Shown one piece after another: positions 8,267-15,896 of a stretch of DNA of 37,372 bases. Source of the DNA: an uncultured Candidatus Saccharibacteria bacterium. GTDB lineage: Bacteria > Patescibacteriota > Minisyncoccia > Phycocordibacterales > UBA9988. The position numbers were made by a program, and so were the translations under genes. Where the stretch lies: the NCBI GenBank assembly GCA_964574105.1, contig CAZNKH010000001.1:17772-55143 (forward strand), read 5' to 3'. The notes under the pieces were generated by a model that saw only the letters and a list, made by a program, of their open reading frames with translations, was not told the DNA's origin and did not search any database. Every line of letters starts with the position of its first letter. The stretch's first letter is position 1.

Positions 8267-9180
8267 AACTTCTGTCGTTCAATAATTGTCTGTATACCTT
8301 TAGTAATAATGGGGACGATGTCATCATAAATGCGCAGGTCACCAATCTCATCAAGAGTAAACCACCCTACCTTATCAAGCCCCCCCTCTTTGGAGAGCCT
8401 GAGTTTATTTTTGTCTTTTGCCTCCGCGAGAAAATAATGTACCTGTTTGCGCACCTTACCCTTCTCAGGGTGAGAGGCGATGTACTCATTTGTTCCGAGT
8501 TCAGAAATAATAGTGATTTCAAGTGAGAGCTCTTCACAGATTTCTCGTATCGTTCCATCCTCTGCATTCTCACCCGTTTCAATATGACCCTTTGAGAGTG
8601 TCCAGTAACCAAACACATCATGAACGAGTGCGAGACGGATGGTACCACGATCCTCTGTGTAGACTACTGCGCCGCCGAGCTTTTCTACTGGGAGCTTCTC
8701 TGGATCAATATCCTCATCACTTACTCTGCGCTTCTTGGCAGGAACATCATCCTTCCCCGGTTCACCCATCTCACGGTAAACGGAGCCAAGCACCCCGTTC
8801 ACAAACTTGCCGCTAGATTCACCGCCAAACATCTTAGCAAGTTCAATAGCTTCATTGATGGCGACTTTTGCAGGAACATCATTCTTGTCTACAAAGAGAA
8901 GTTCAAAGAGACCGATGCGGAGCACATTTCTATCAACGATAGAAATTTGTTCTATCGGCCAGTCAGGTGCAAATTTTTCTATAACCGAATCAATTTTCTC
9001 GCGATGCTCAATGACGCCAGATACGAGCGACTTTGTAAATCGGGTATCGTCGAGCCCCGGAGCAAATTCCTCCACATTTGACTCCACAATAGGAGAGAGC
9101 CCTTCACTTGGCTTTTCCATGAAGTCCCACTCGAAGAGTGATTGGAGCGTTATGCTGCGTGAAAGGTGCCTATTGGCCAT
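8263..9180 (-). CDS. nusB: NusB antitermination domain fused to a C-terminal Nudix hydrolase domain
   Basis: The N-terminal part reads AKVAINEAIELAKMFGGESSGKFVNGVLGSV (NusB). The C-terminal part contains the Nudix box GHIETGENAEDGTIREICEELSL at 8521-8589. I chose ATG 9180 over TTG 9186. Confidence 0.8.
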   Translation of the reverse strand: MANRHLSRSITLQSLFEWDFMEKPSEGLSPIVESNVEEFAPGLDDTRFTKSLVSGVIEHREKIDSVIEKFAPDWPIEQISIVDRNVLRIGLFELLFVDKNDVPAKVAINEAIELAKMFGGESSGKFVNGVLGSVYREMGEPGKDDVPAKKRRVSDEDIDPEKLPVEKLGGAVVYTEDRGTIRLALVHDVFGYWTLSKGHIETGENAEDGTIREICEELSLEITIISELGTNEYIASHPEKGKVRKQVHYFLAEAKDKNKLRLSKEGGLDKVGWFTLDEIGDLRIYDDIVPIITKGIQTIIERQKL

Positions 9181-9211
9181 ACTCAAAAAAGATCTTTTGT
9201 AAACAGCCGAA

Positions 9212-9442
9212 CTATTTGGCAGATTGGGCTGCCTGCTTGCGCTTGCGCTCTTGTTTTTTCTCTACCTTCGCAAGTACATTCAATACCTCACGTCTATGGT
9301 AGCTTCCACAGGCCATACAGACACGATGACGCACATGTAAGGCCCCGCACTTGGCGCAGGTCGAAAGGCGAACACCGGTGATGGCGTGATGTGAGCGTCT
9401 ATTGCCCGTATGGGCACGCGTATGGCGCATGCGTACTGACAT
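9212..9442 (-). CDS. rpmF: 50S ribosomal protein L32 (Zn-ribbon type)
   Basis: MSVRMRHTRAHTGNRRSHH...CAKCG...CMACG. The start was trimmed to ATG 9442. Confidence 0.9.
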   Translation of the reverse strand: MSVRMRHTRAHTGNRRSHHAITGVRLSTCAKCGALHVRHRVCMACGSYHRREVLNVLAKVEKKQERKRKQAAQSAK

Positions 9443-9449
9443 GCTCGTC

Positions 9450-9478
9450 ACTATACACAATCGAGTAAAAAATGGCAA
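9450..9478 (-). promoter_or_regulatory. Putative promoter of rpmF with leaderless geometry
   Basis: The minus strand reads TTGCCA (9478..9473), 17 nt, TATAGT (9455..9450), 7 nt, ATG 9442. Confidence 0.45.
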
Positions 9479-9485
9479 GAGAAAT

Positions 9486-9515
9486 CCCACCAATCTGCTA
9501 TTGCGGATTAGTGGG
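9486..9515. other. Imperfect 13-bp hairpin in the 9479-9683 noncoding gap
   Basis: cccaccaatctgc (9486-9498), loop tatt, then gcggattagtggg (9503-9515). There is one mismatch and one G-T position. On the minus strand it is followed by aTTTCTCTT, just before the rpmF -35. Confidence 0.3.
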
Positions 9516-9683
9516 GTAAAGCAATAGAACGGTTGGTCTCGATTGTCTGTCCAGATAAAGGGGGCGGGACTTCAATAATGAGGACAGGGGTTTACTATGG
9601 TAAGACTATGCTCGCAACAGCAGCATTATGGGTCGGAATTAAATTTGGACAGTGAATTACTTTGAGATAACACCTTTATTATA

Positions 9684-10295
9684 TTATATCACATTTAATA
9701 GCTTTTTACAAAAGCTCCTCCTGTGTATAGGAGAGAGACCGTACTTCTTGAGTGCACGGTAGTGCAAAGGAGTACCGTAACCCTTGTGAGCGGCAAATTC
9801 ATACTCGGGATACTTTTTTGCAAAATGAGCAATCCTTTTGTCTCGTCGTACTTTGGCAATGATTGAGGCCGCTGCAATAATCGCTACTCGATCATCCCCT
9901 CGTATAATCGTCTTCTGATTCTTCCACCCAGAAGGAGCAGAGAGTGATCCGTCAAGAAGTACTCGCGCTGTCTTAGGATTAATTCCCAATTTATGAAGTG
10001 AACGAGCCACGCCAAGCGCGATTGCCTTACTAATTCCATGACGATCAATCACCGAGTGGGACACCATACTGGAAGTAATCTTGATATTCCCCCTCTTAAA
10101 CTCTTTTACAAGAAGTGTGTACCAACGCTCGCGTCCGTATTCTGTTAATTTCTTTGAGTCGCGAATACTACTAAGAATGCACTCGCGTCTTTTATAAAAT
10201 ACTTCCGGAAAAGCAACCGCCGCGACAGAGACTGGTCCCGCCAGAGGCCCTCTTCCCGCTTCATCTATCCCCACCACAAAGTGCGAGTCTCGCAT
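9684..10295 (-). CDS. rnhB: Ribonuclease HII
   Basis: VVGIDEAGRGPLAGPV is the RNase HII active-site motif. DDRVAIIAAASIIAKVRRD is also typical of the family. Confidence 0.9.
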   Translation of the reverse strand: MRDSHFVVGIDEAGRGPLAGPVSVAAVAFPEVFYKRRECILSSIRDSKKLTEYGRERWYTLLVKEFKRGNIKITSSMVSHSVIDRHGISKAIALGVARSLHKLGINPKTARVLLDGSLSAPSGWKNQKTIIRGDDRVAIIAAASIIAKVRRDKRIAHFAKKYPEYEFAAHKGYGTPLHYRALKKYGLSPIHRRSFCKKLLNVI

Positions 10296-10303
10296 ATCTT
10301 CAG

Positions 10304-10309
10304 AGTATA
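10304..10309 (-). promoter_or_regulatory. Putative -10 of rnhB with leaderless geometry
   Basis: The minus strand reads TATACT (10309..10304), 8 nt, ATG 10295. No clear -35 is present. Confidence 0.3.
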
Positions 10310-10320
10310 CACCACTCTGC

Positions 10321-10326
10321 TATACT
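10321..10326 (+). promoter_or_regulatory. Putative -10 of dnaE with leaderless geometry
   Basis: TATACT at 10321..10326 is followed by 8 nt and ATG 10335. The -35 (cttcag) is weak. Confidence 0.3.
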
Positions 10327-10334
10327 GGTAGCCA

Positions 10335-13300
10335 ATGGCATTCGTTCACTTACATAACCATAGCCACTACTCCCTTCTTGATGGATTGGTAAAAATTCCT
10401 GAACTGGTAAAGAAGGCGAAGGAGTACCAGTGCCCCGCGATTGCACTCACCGACCACGGCAACCTCTACGGAGCAATTGAGTTCTACAAGAAATGCATTG
10501 CAAGCGGAATTAAGCCCATCATTGGCGTAGAGGCCTATATGGCAGCGCGTACACGCTTTGATAAAGATGCGCGCATAGACTCCAAGCGTTACCATCTCAC
10601 TCTTCTCGCAAAAAATGAGATCGGATACAAAAATCTCATCCGCATGGTGACCAAAGCTAACCTTGAAGGATACTATTACAAGCCGCGCATGGACAAAGAT
10701 CTATTGCGTGAGTATCACGAGGGGATTATCTGTCTCTCCGGTTGCTTGGGGAGTGAAGTCTCACAGGCCGCCTTTGTAGGAGATAAGGAAAAACTCACTA
10801 CGCTCATCCGTGAGTACCAAGACATCTTTGGGATGGAAAATTACTTCATTGAGATTATGCATCATCCAAGAATAGAGGGGCAGGCGCGCACTAAGGCGCT
10901 TCTCATTGAGACGGCGCATAAATTAACCATACCGCTCGTTGCAACGCATGACACACATTACCTCAGCACAGAAGATAGTCGTGCACACCGAACACTTGTC
11001 GCGGTACAAACCAATACGGACATTCAAGATGCCAACACAATGGCAAACAGCACGGAAGATTTCTCTTTTGTGGATGAGGAGAGATTCCGTTCATTCTTTA
11101 CCGATGCTCCCGAAGCGGTAGACAACACGCTCCGTGTTGCAGAACTGTGCTCGGTGACACTTGAACTGGGTAAATGGCGCTTTCCCGACTACACCATACC
11201 TGCGGGGGAGACATCTGAGATCGTTCTCACCAGACGAGCAGAGGAAGGTCTCACCACCTATATACAAGAAAATCCTGAGTATACGGATATTGCTCCGGAA
11301 CGAATGCATTATGAATTAGATATTATTTGCCGTAAGGGCTATGCGCCCTACTTTCTAACCGTCTCCGACATCTACGCCGCCGCAAGACGGCTTGATGTCC
11401 TCACCAATACGAGAGGTTCTGCGGCAGGATCCCTGGTATCCTTCTTGATAGGAATCGGCGCCGTAGATCCACTTAAATACAAGCTCCCTTTTGAACGCTT
11501 TTTAAATCCAGACCGTCCCTCCCCTCCCGACATTGATATGGACTTTGCCGATACGGGACGAGAAAAGATTCTTGATTATGTGCGTAGTAAGTATGGGGAA
11601 GAAAAAGTTGCACAAATTGGTACCTTTGGCTCCATGATGGCGCGCGGCGCCGTGCGTGATGTAGCGCGTGCGCTCGGCTACCCATACGCACTTGGTGACC
11701 GCGTTTCTAAGCTGATCCCGATGGGGAGTCAGGGCTTCCCTATGACCATTGATCGCGCAATGGAATTGGAACCAGAACTCAAAAAGATGTACGAGGCAGA
11801 GACAGAGGTGCAAGAGATTATTGATCTTGCAAAAAAGTTAGAAGGCTGTGCACGGCACATTAGTGTTCACGCCGCAGGAGTAGTGATTGCACCTACCGAG
11901 ATTACTGACTTTGTACCCGTACAGCTTGACCCCAAGGGAGGAAAGATTATCACCCAGTACGATATGCACGGTGTAGAGGACGCGGGGCTCCTCAAGTTTG
12001 ATTTTCTTGGCATTCGAAACCTCGCCATTCTAGAAGGAGCCGTGCGCTTGGTAAGAAAGACGACGGGGAAGTTGGTAGATCTCAACAAGCTCCCACTTGA
12101 TGATAGAAAAACATTTACGATGTTGGCGCGCGGGGAGACAATGGGACTCTTCCAATTAAACGGATCAGGAATGACCCGCTGGCTCAAAGAATTGAAGCCC
12201 TCCACTATCCACGACATTAACGCAATGGTCGCCCTCTATCGACCAGGACCAATGGAGTCCATCCCCGAGTATATTAGACGCAAACATAATCCGCGAATGG
12301 TGAGCTACTTGGATCCACGCATGGAAAAAATTCTAAACCAAAGCCACGGCGTGATCACCTACCAAGATGATGTCATGATGATTGCCATTGAACTTGCCGG
12401 CTATTCATGGACAGAAGCGGACAAACTGCGTAAGGCTATGGGGAAAAAAATCCCCGCCGAGATGGCTATCCAGAAAGAAAAACTCTTGGAGGGCTTTGTG
12501 GCGCATGGAAAACTGAGTACAGAAAAAGCGCACGCACTCTGGCTCCTCATTGAGCCCTTTGCCGCGTATGGATTTAACAAGGCGCACGCGGCAAGTTATG
12601 GTCATGTGGCGTACCAAACCGCATTTATGAAGGCTAATTTCCCGAGCGAGTATATGACCGCTGTGCTCTCGGCAGAATCGGGTGATGTAGAAGAAGTAGC
12701 GCGCATCATTGAGGAATGTAAGCGGATGAAGATCCCCGTACTCCCGCCAGATGTAAACGAGAGTTATGGAGACTTTACCGTCATTAAGGATTCGGAACAG
12801 GATAAAATTCGCTTTGGACTCCACTCTATTAAAAATCTCGGAACAGAGATTGCTGATGCGATTGTCGCGGAACGCAGTGAGCATGGGCGCTACACCTCCT
12901 TCGCCGATTTTCTAGAGCGAGTACGACATAAGAACTTGAACCGGAAATCACTGGAGTCCCTGACCAAGGCAGGAGCTTTGGATAGTCTGGGAGAGGATCG
13001 CGCCACCATCTTGGTGAACATTGAAGAAGCCCTGCTGTATGCGCGGGAGCTCCACAAACATGGTGACTCGCAAGACTCCCTTTTTGGTCTCATGGCAGAT
13101 TCCGGAACAGTACCAATACTGCGACTTAAGAAAGCGAAGCCTTTTGCAACAGGAACAACGCTCGCGTGGGAAAAAGAGCTCCTCGGTCTCTACATCTCTG
13201 GACACCCTTTAGATAAGTATCGGGAAAAGTTGTCACCAGAAAATGGTGCAAAAAATACTATTATCAGTGCAAAGAGTATGACCGATGGCTCGCTGGTGGT

Positions 13301-13532
13301 AATTGCAGGGCTCATTGATGAAGTGCGGGAGATCACTACGAAAAATAATGAGCATATGGCCTTTCTCAAACTCTCTGACTTCAGCGATCGCATTGAGGCG
13401 GTCGCTTTTCCCCGCATATACAGTGAGCAGAGAGAGTTATTTACCCCAGGAATCTGCCTTGCCATCCGTGGTCGTATCTCAGAACGCAACGGTGAACTCT
13501 CTCTTGTGGTGGAGGGAGTGAAGAGGATCTAG
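10335..13532 (+). CDS. dnaE: DNA polymerase III alpha subunit
   Basis: The PHP domain reads FVHLHNHSHYSLLDG. Other matches are PDIDMDF, the polymerase core FDFLGIRNL, and a C-terminal OB fold. Confidence 0.95.
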   Translation: MAFVHLHNHSHYSLLDGLVKIPELVKKAKEYQCPAIALTDHGNLYGAIEFYKKCIASGIKPIIGVEAYMAARTRFDKDARIDSKRYHLTLLAKNEIGYKNLIRMVTKANLEGYYYKPRMDKDLLREYHEGIICLSGCLGSEVSQAAFVGDKEKLTTLIREYQDIFGMENYFIEIMHHPRIEGQARTKALLIETAHKLTIPLVATHDTHYLSTEDSRAHRTLVAVQTNTDIQDANTMANSTEDFSFVDEERFRSFFTDAPEAVDNTLRVAELCSVTLELGKWRFPDYTIPAGETSEIVLTRRAEEGLTTYIQENPEYTDIAPERMHYELDIICRKGYAPYFLTVSDIYAAARRLDVLTNTRGSAAGSLVSFLIGIGAVDPLKYKLPFERFLNPDRPSPPDIDMDFADTGREKILDYVRSKYGEEKVAQIGTFGSMMARGAVRDVARALGYPYALGDRVSKLIPMGSQGFPMTIDRAMELEPELKKMYEAETEVQEIIDLAKKLEGCARHISVHAAGVVIAPTEITDFVPVQLDPKGGKIITQYDMHGVEDAGLLKFDFLGIRNLAILEGAVRLVRKTTGKLVDLNKLPLDDRKTFTMLARGETMGLFQLNGSGMTRWLKELKPSTIHDINAMVALYRPGPMESIPEYIRRKHNPRMVSYLDPRMEKILNQSHGVITYQDDVMMIAIELAGYSWTEADKLRKAMGKKIPAEMAIQKEKLLEGFVAHGKLSTEKAHALWLLIEPFAAYGFNKAHAASYGHVAYQTAFMKANFPSEYMTAVLSAESGDVEEVARIIEECKRMKIPVLPPDVNESYGDFTVIKDSEQDKIRFGLHSIKNLGTEIADAIVAERSEHGRYTSFADFLERVRHKNLNRKSLESLTKAGALDSLGEDRATILVNIEEALLYARELHKHGDSQDSLFGLMADSGTVPILRLKKAKPFATGTTLAWEKELLGLYISGHPLDKYREKLSPENGAKNTIISAKSMTDGSLVVIAGLIDEVREITTKNNEHMAFLKLSDFSDRIEAVAFPRIYSEQRELFTPGICLAIRGRISERNGELSLVVEGVKRI

Positions 13533-13538
13533 AAAAAT

Positions 13539-14066
13539 TTAACGGCACTTCAGAGTCTGACCAGCTTGTTCATAGACTTGATTTCCTGGACTAGCAGTAA
13601 CTGATGAATATAGCTTCCCTCTCAATTCCCAATCAATACAATACCACTTAGTTGGATCTGAAGAACCTGTGGGTGAGGATGGTAATTTTACTGCAACTAC
13701 AAATTTGCGGTAGTCTCCAAGACCACTCGTCTCAAAACATTTTACATTCACACTCTGTGCCTTTGACTGAAGGCTGGAGATTAATGTCCCCCACAGTCCA
13801 CTAGGTGTAGCATTTATTCCATTACATGATCCGGAAGTATTACTTAAATTATAACTATCAGTTTGTGAATCACGATATAATGCCATTGCAGTTCGTAGAC
13901 TATTCATCTCCTGTATCACCGCCGCATCCCCTGCTTTTTTTCGCGAGGACTGGAGTGATGAGAGCACAATACCCGAGAGAATGCCGATAATACCGATAAC
14001 AACGAGGAGTTCAATGAGGGTAAAGCCTCTTTGCCAAAAAGCGGACTTTTGCCTAGGTGTAAGCAT
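13539..14066 (-). CDS. Type IV pilin or pseudopilin (prepilin-type N-terminal cleavage/methylation)
   Basis: The leader MLTPRQKSAFWQRG is followed by FTLIELLVVIGIIGILSGIVL, the class III signal. There are four Cys in the C-terminal globular part. Confidence 0.8.
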   Translation of the reverse strand: MLTPRQKSAFWQRGFTLIELLVVIGIIGILSGIVLSSLQSSRKKAGDAAVIQEMNSLRTAMALYRDSQTDSYNLSNTSGSCNGINATPSGLWGTLISSLQSKAQSVNVKCFETSGLGDYRKFVVAVKLPSSPTGSSDPTKWYCIDWELRGKLYSSVTASPGNQVYEQAGQTLKCR

Positions 14067-14101
14067 AAAAAGAAAAATTGACTAAATAATAGTCCTCTCT
14101 A

Positions 14102-14129
14102 ATTATAATCCTTCGTGGTATATACGCAA
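14102..14129 (-). promoter_or_regulatory. Putative promoter of the pilin gene (about 35-nt leader)
   Basis: The minus strand reads TTGCGT (14129..14124), 16 nt, TATAAT (14107..14102). Confidence 0.35.
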
Positions 14130-14156
14130 GACAGAAAACAGCTTTTCTGTTATCAT
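14128..14156 (+). promoter_or_regulatory. Putative promoter of thrS with leaderless geometry
   Basis: AAGACA (14128-14133), 17 nt, TATCAT (14151-14156), 6 nt, ATG 14163. The alternative is TATAAT (14104-14109), 5 nt, GTG 14115. Confidence 0.3.
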
Positions 14157-14162
14157 CTCCAT

Positions 14163-15896
14163 ATGGAAAAAGATGAGAAACTCATTCGCATACGGCACTC
14201 ACTCGCACATCTCCTCGCGATGGCTGTAAAGGAGAAAGATCCGGGAGCTACATGTGGCATTGGTCCTGTGATAGAAGATGGTTTTTACTACGACTTTGCA
14301 TTCTCAAAAGGCTACTCTCCCTCTCCGGAAGATTTAAAACAGTTTGAGGTGAGGATACGCGGGTTGATACAAGATGGACTGACATTCACTATCTCTCATC
14401 TGGATACTAATGAGGCACGGGGCGCATTCAAGGACGAGCCGTACAAACTTGAACTGATTGATGAATTGATAGAGAAGGGAAAAGACATTACCGTCTACAC
14501 TTCTGGAGCGTTTACCGATCTCTGTGCAGGGCCACATGTGAACAGTACAAAGGAAATACATCCTGATGCCTTTGCCATTACCCACACGGCTGGTGCCTAC
14601 TGGCGAGGAAGCGAGAAGAATACAATGCTCACCCGCATCTATGGAGTGGCCTTTCATACTCCAAAAGAGCTCACCGAGTGGAAGCGCATCAAGGATGAGG
14701 CGGCACTGCGTGATCACCGCAAACTGGGACGGGAACTGGGACTCTTTGCCTTCTCTGATCTCGTTGGCTCTGGGCTCCCGCTCTTTACTCCCAAGGGTAC
14801 TAAGATGCGCGACTTAATCGTTGAAAAAATTCAATCGCTTCAGTCAGATTACGGCTATGAACGAGTCACTATTCCCCACATCACCAAGAAGGAGCTCTAC
14901 GAGACAAGCGGCCACTGGGAAAAGTTTAAGAATGACCTCTTCCATGTGCAGGGTCGTGGTGATACCAAGTTTGTAATGAAGCCAATGAATTGCCCGCACC
15001 ACACCCAGATCTATGCAAGCACTCAACGGAGCTACCGTGATCTCCCTATCCGCTATATGGAGACTACGATGGTCTACCGTGATGAGCAGCAAGGTGAACT
15101 CCTCGGCCTCTCGCGCGTCCGCGCCATTTCACAAGATGACGGACATGTGTTCTGCCGACTTGATCAGGTGGGTAACGAGGTGGCAAACATTATCAGTGTC
15201 ATTAAATCTTTTTACACCGATCTTGATATGTTTGCAGAGGGTAAGTATTGGGTCTCGCTTTCAGTGCGTGATATGGCGCATACAGAAAAATATTTAGGAA
15301 ATGATACACATTGGAGAGAAGCAGAGAAAGTCTTAGAGGAGTGCGCCAAAAAAGAAGGATTGAACTACAAACGAGTAGAGGGCGAAGCCGCCTTCTATGG
15401 ACCAAAATTAGATTTTATGTTTAAAGATTCTCTGGGACGCGAGTGGCAATTGGGGACCGTGCAAGTTGATTTTGTAATGCCAGAGCGCTTTGGCCTTGAG
15501 TACACCGGCGAGAATGGCAAGAAAGAACAACCAGTAATGATACACCGCGCCATTGCGGGATCGTTGGAGCGCTTTATGAGCATCATCATTGAGCACTTTG
15601 CGGGAACTTTCCCCGTCTGGCTCTCACCCGTGCAAACAGTGCTCCTCCCCGTCGGCGGCGCGCACAAGGAGTATGCACGAGAGATGTTGCGTGAATTAAA
15701 AAAGCGAGGCGTCCGTGCCGAGCTTGATGAACGAGATGAGTCCTTGGGTAAACGCATCCGTGACGCAAAAACTGCAAAGCTACCCTACCTCCTTGTGGTA
15801 GGAGATAAAGAAGTTGCTTCTCACACCGTCACTGCTGAAGGCCGTGAAGGCTCCCTTGGATCACTCTCCCTGGAAGATTTTATTTCCCGACTCTAA
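14163..15896 (+). CDS. thrS: Threonyl-tRNA synthetase lacking the N-terminal TGS domain
   Basis: IRIRHSLAHLLAMAVKE...GPVIEDGFYYDF is the N2 editing domain. Other matches are CAGPHV...GAYWRG, class II motifs and a C-terminal anticodon-binding domain. I prefer ATG 14163 over GTG 14115. Confidence 0.9.
   Translation: MEKDEKLIRIRHSLAHLLAMAVKEKDPGATCGIGPVIEDGFYYDFAFSKGYSPSPEDLKQFEVRIRGLIQDGLTFTISHLDTNEARGAFKDEPYKLELIDELIEKGKDITVYTSGAFTDLCAGPHVNSTKEIHPDAFAITHTAGAYWRGSEKNTMLTRIYGVAFHTPKELTEWKRIKDEAALRDHRKLGRELGLFAFSDLVGSGLPLFTPKGTKMRDLIVEKIQSLQSDYGYERVTIPHITKKELYETSGHWEKFKNDLFHVQGRGDTKFVMKPMNCPHHTQIYASTQRSYRDLPIRYMETTMVYRDEQQGELLGLSRVRAISQDDGHVFCRLDQVGNEVANIISVIKSFYTDLDMFAEGKYWVSLSVRDMAHTEKYLGNDTHWREAEKVLEECAKKEGLNYKRVEGEAAFYGPKLDFMFKDSLGREWQLGTVQVDFVMPERFGLEYTGENGKKEQPVMIHRAIAGSLERFMSIIIEHFAGTFPVWLSPVQTVLLPVGGAHKEYAREMLRELKKRGVRAELDERDESLGKRIRDAKTAKLPYLLVVGDKEVASHTVTAEGREGSLGSLSLEDFISRL

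Noticed and set aside
9578-9655. A 25-codon plus-strand ORF (MRTGVYYGKTMLATAALWVGIKFGQ*) as a small membrane peptide gene. Also 7-nt complementary pairs in the same gap (9547-9553 with 9646-9652, and 9498-9504 with 9521-9527) as sRNA or riboswitch helices.
   Set aside because: The ORF has no promoter geometry like the other genes and its G-run is 13 nt from the ATG. About one 7-mer complement is expected by chance in about 200 nt. These items are kept only as part of the low-interest gap finding.
14104-14117. GTG 14115 as the thrS start, with a consensus TATAAT 5 nt upstream.
   Set aside because: The spacing is shorter than at all other sites and the only good -35 (TTGACT, 14078-14083) is 20 nt away. 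The 16 extra residues have no homology. ATG 14163 has AAGACA-17-TATCAT-6-ATG and matches the start of the editing domain. It is kept as an alternative.
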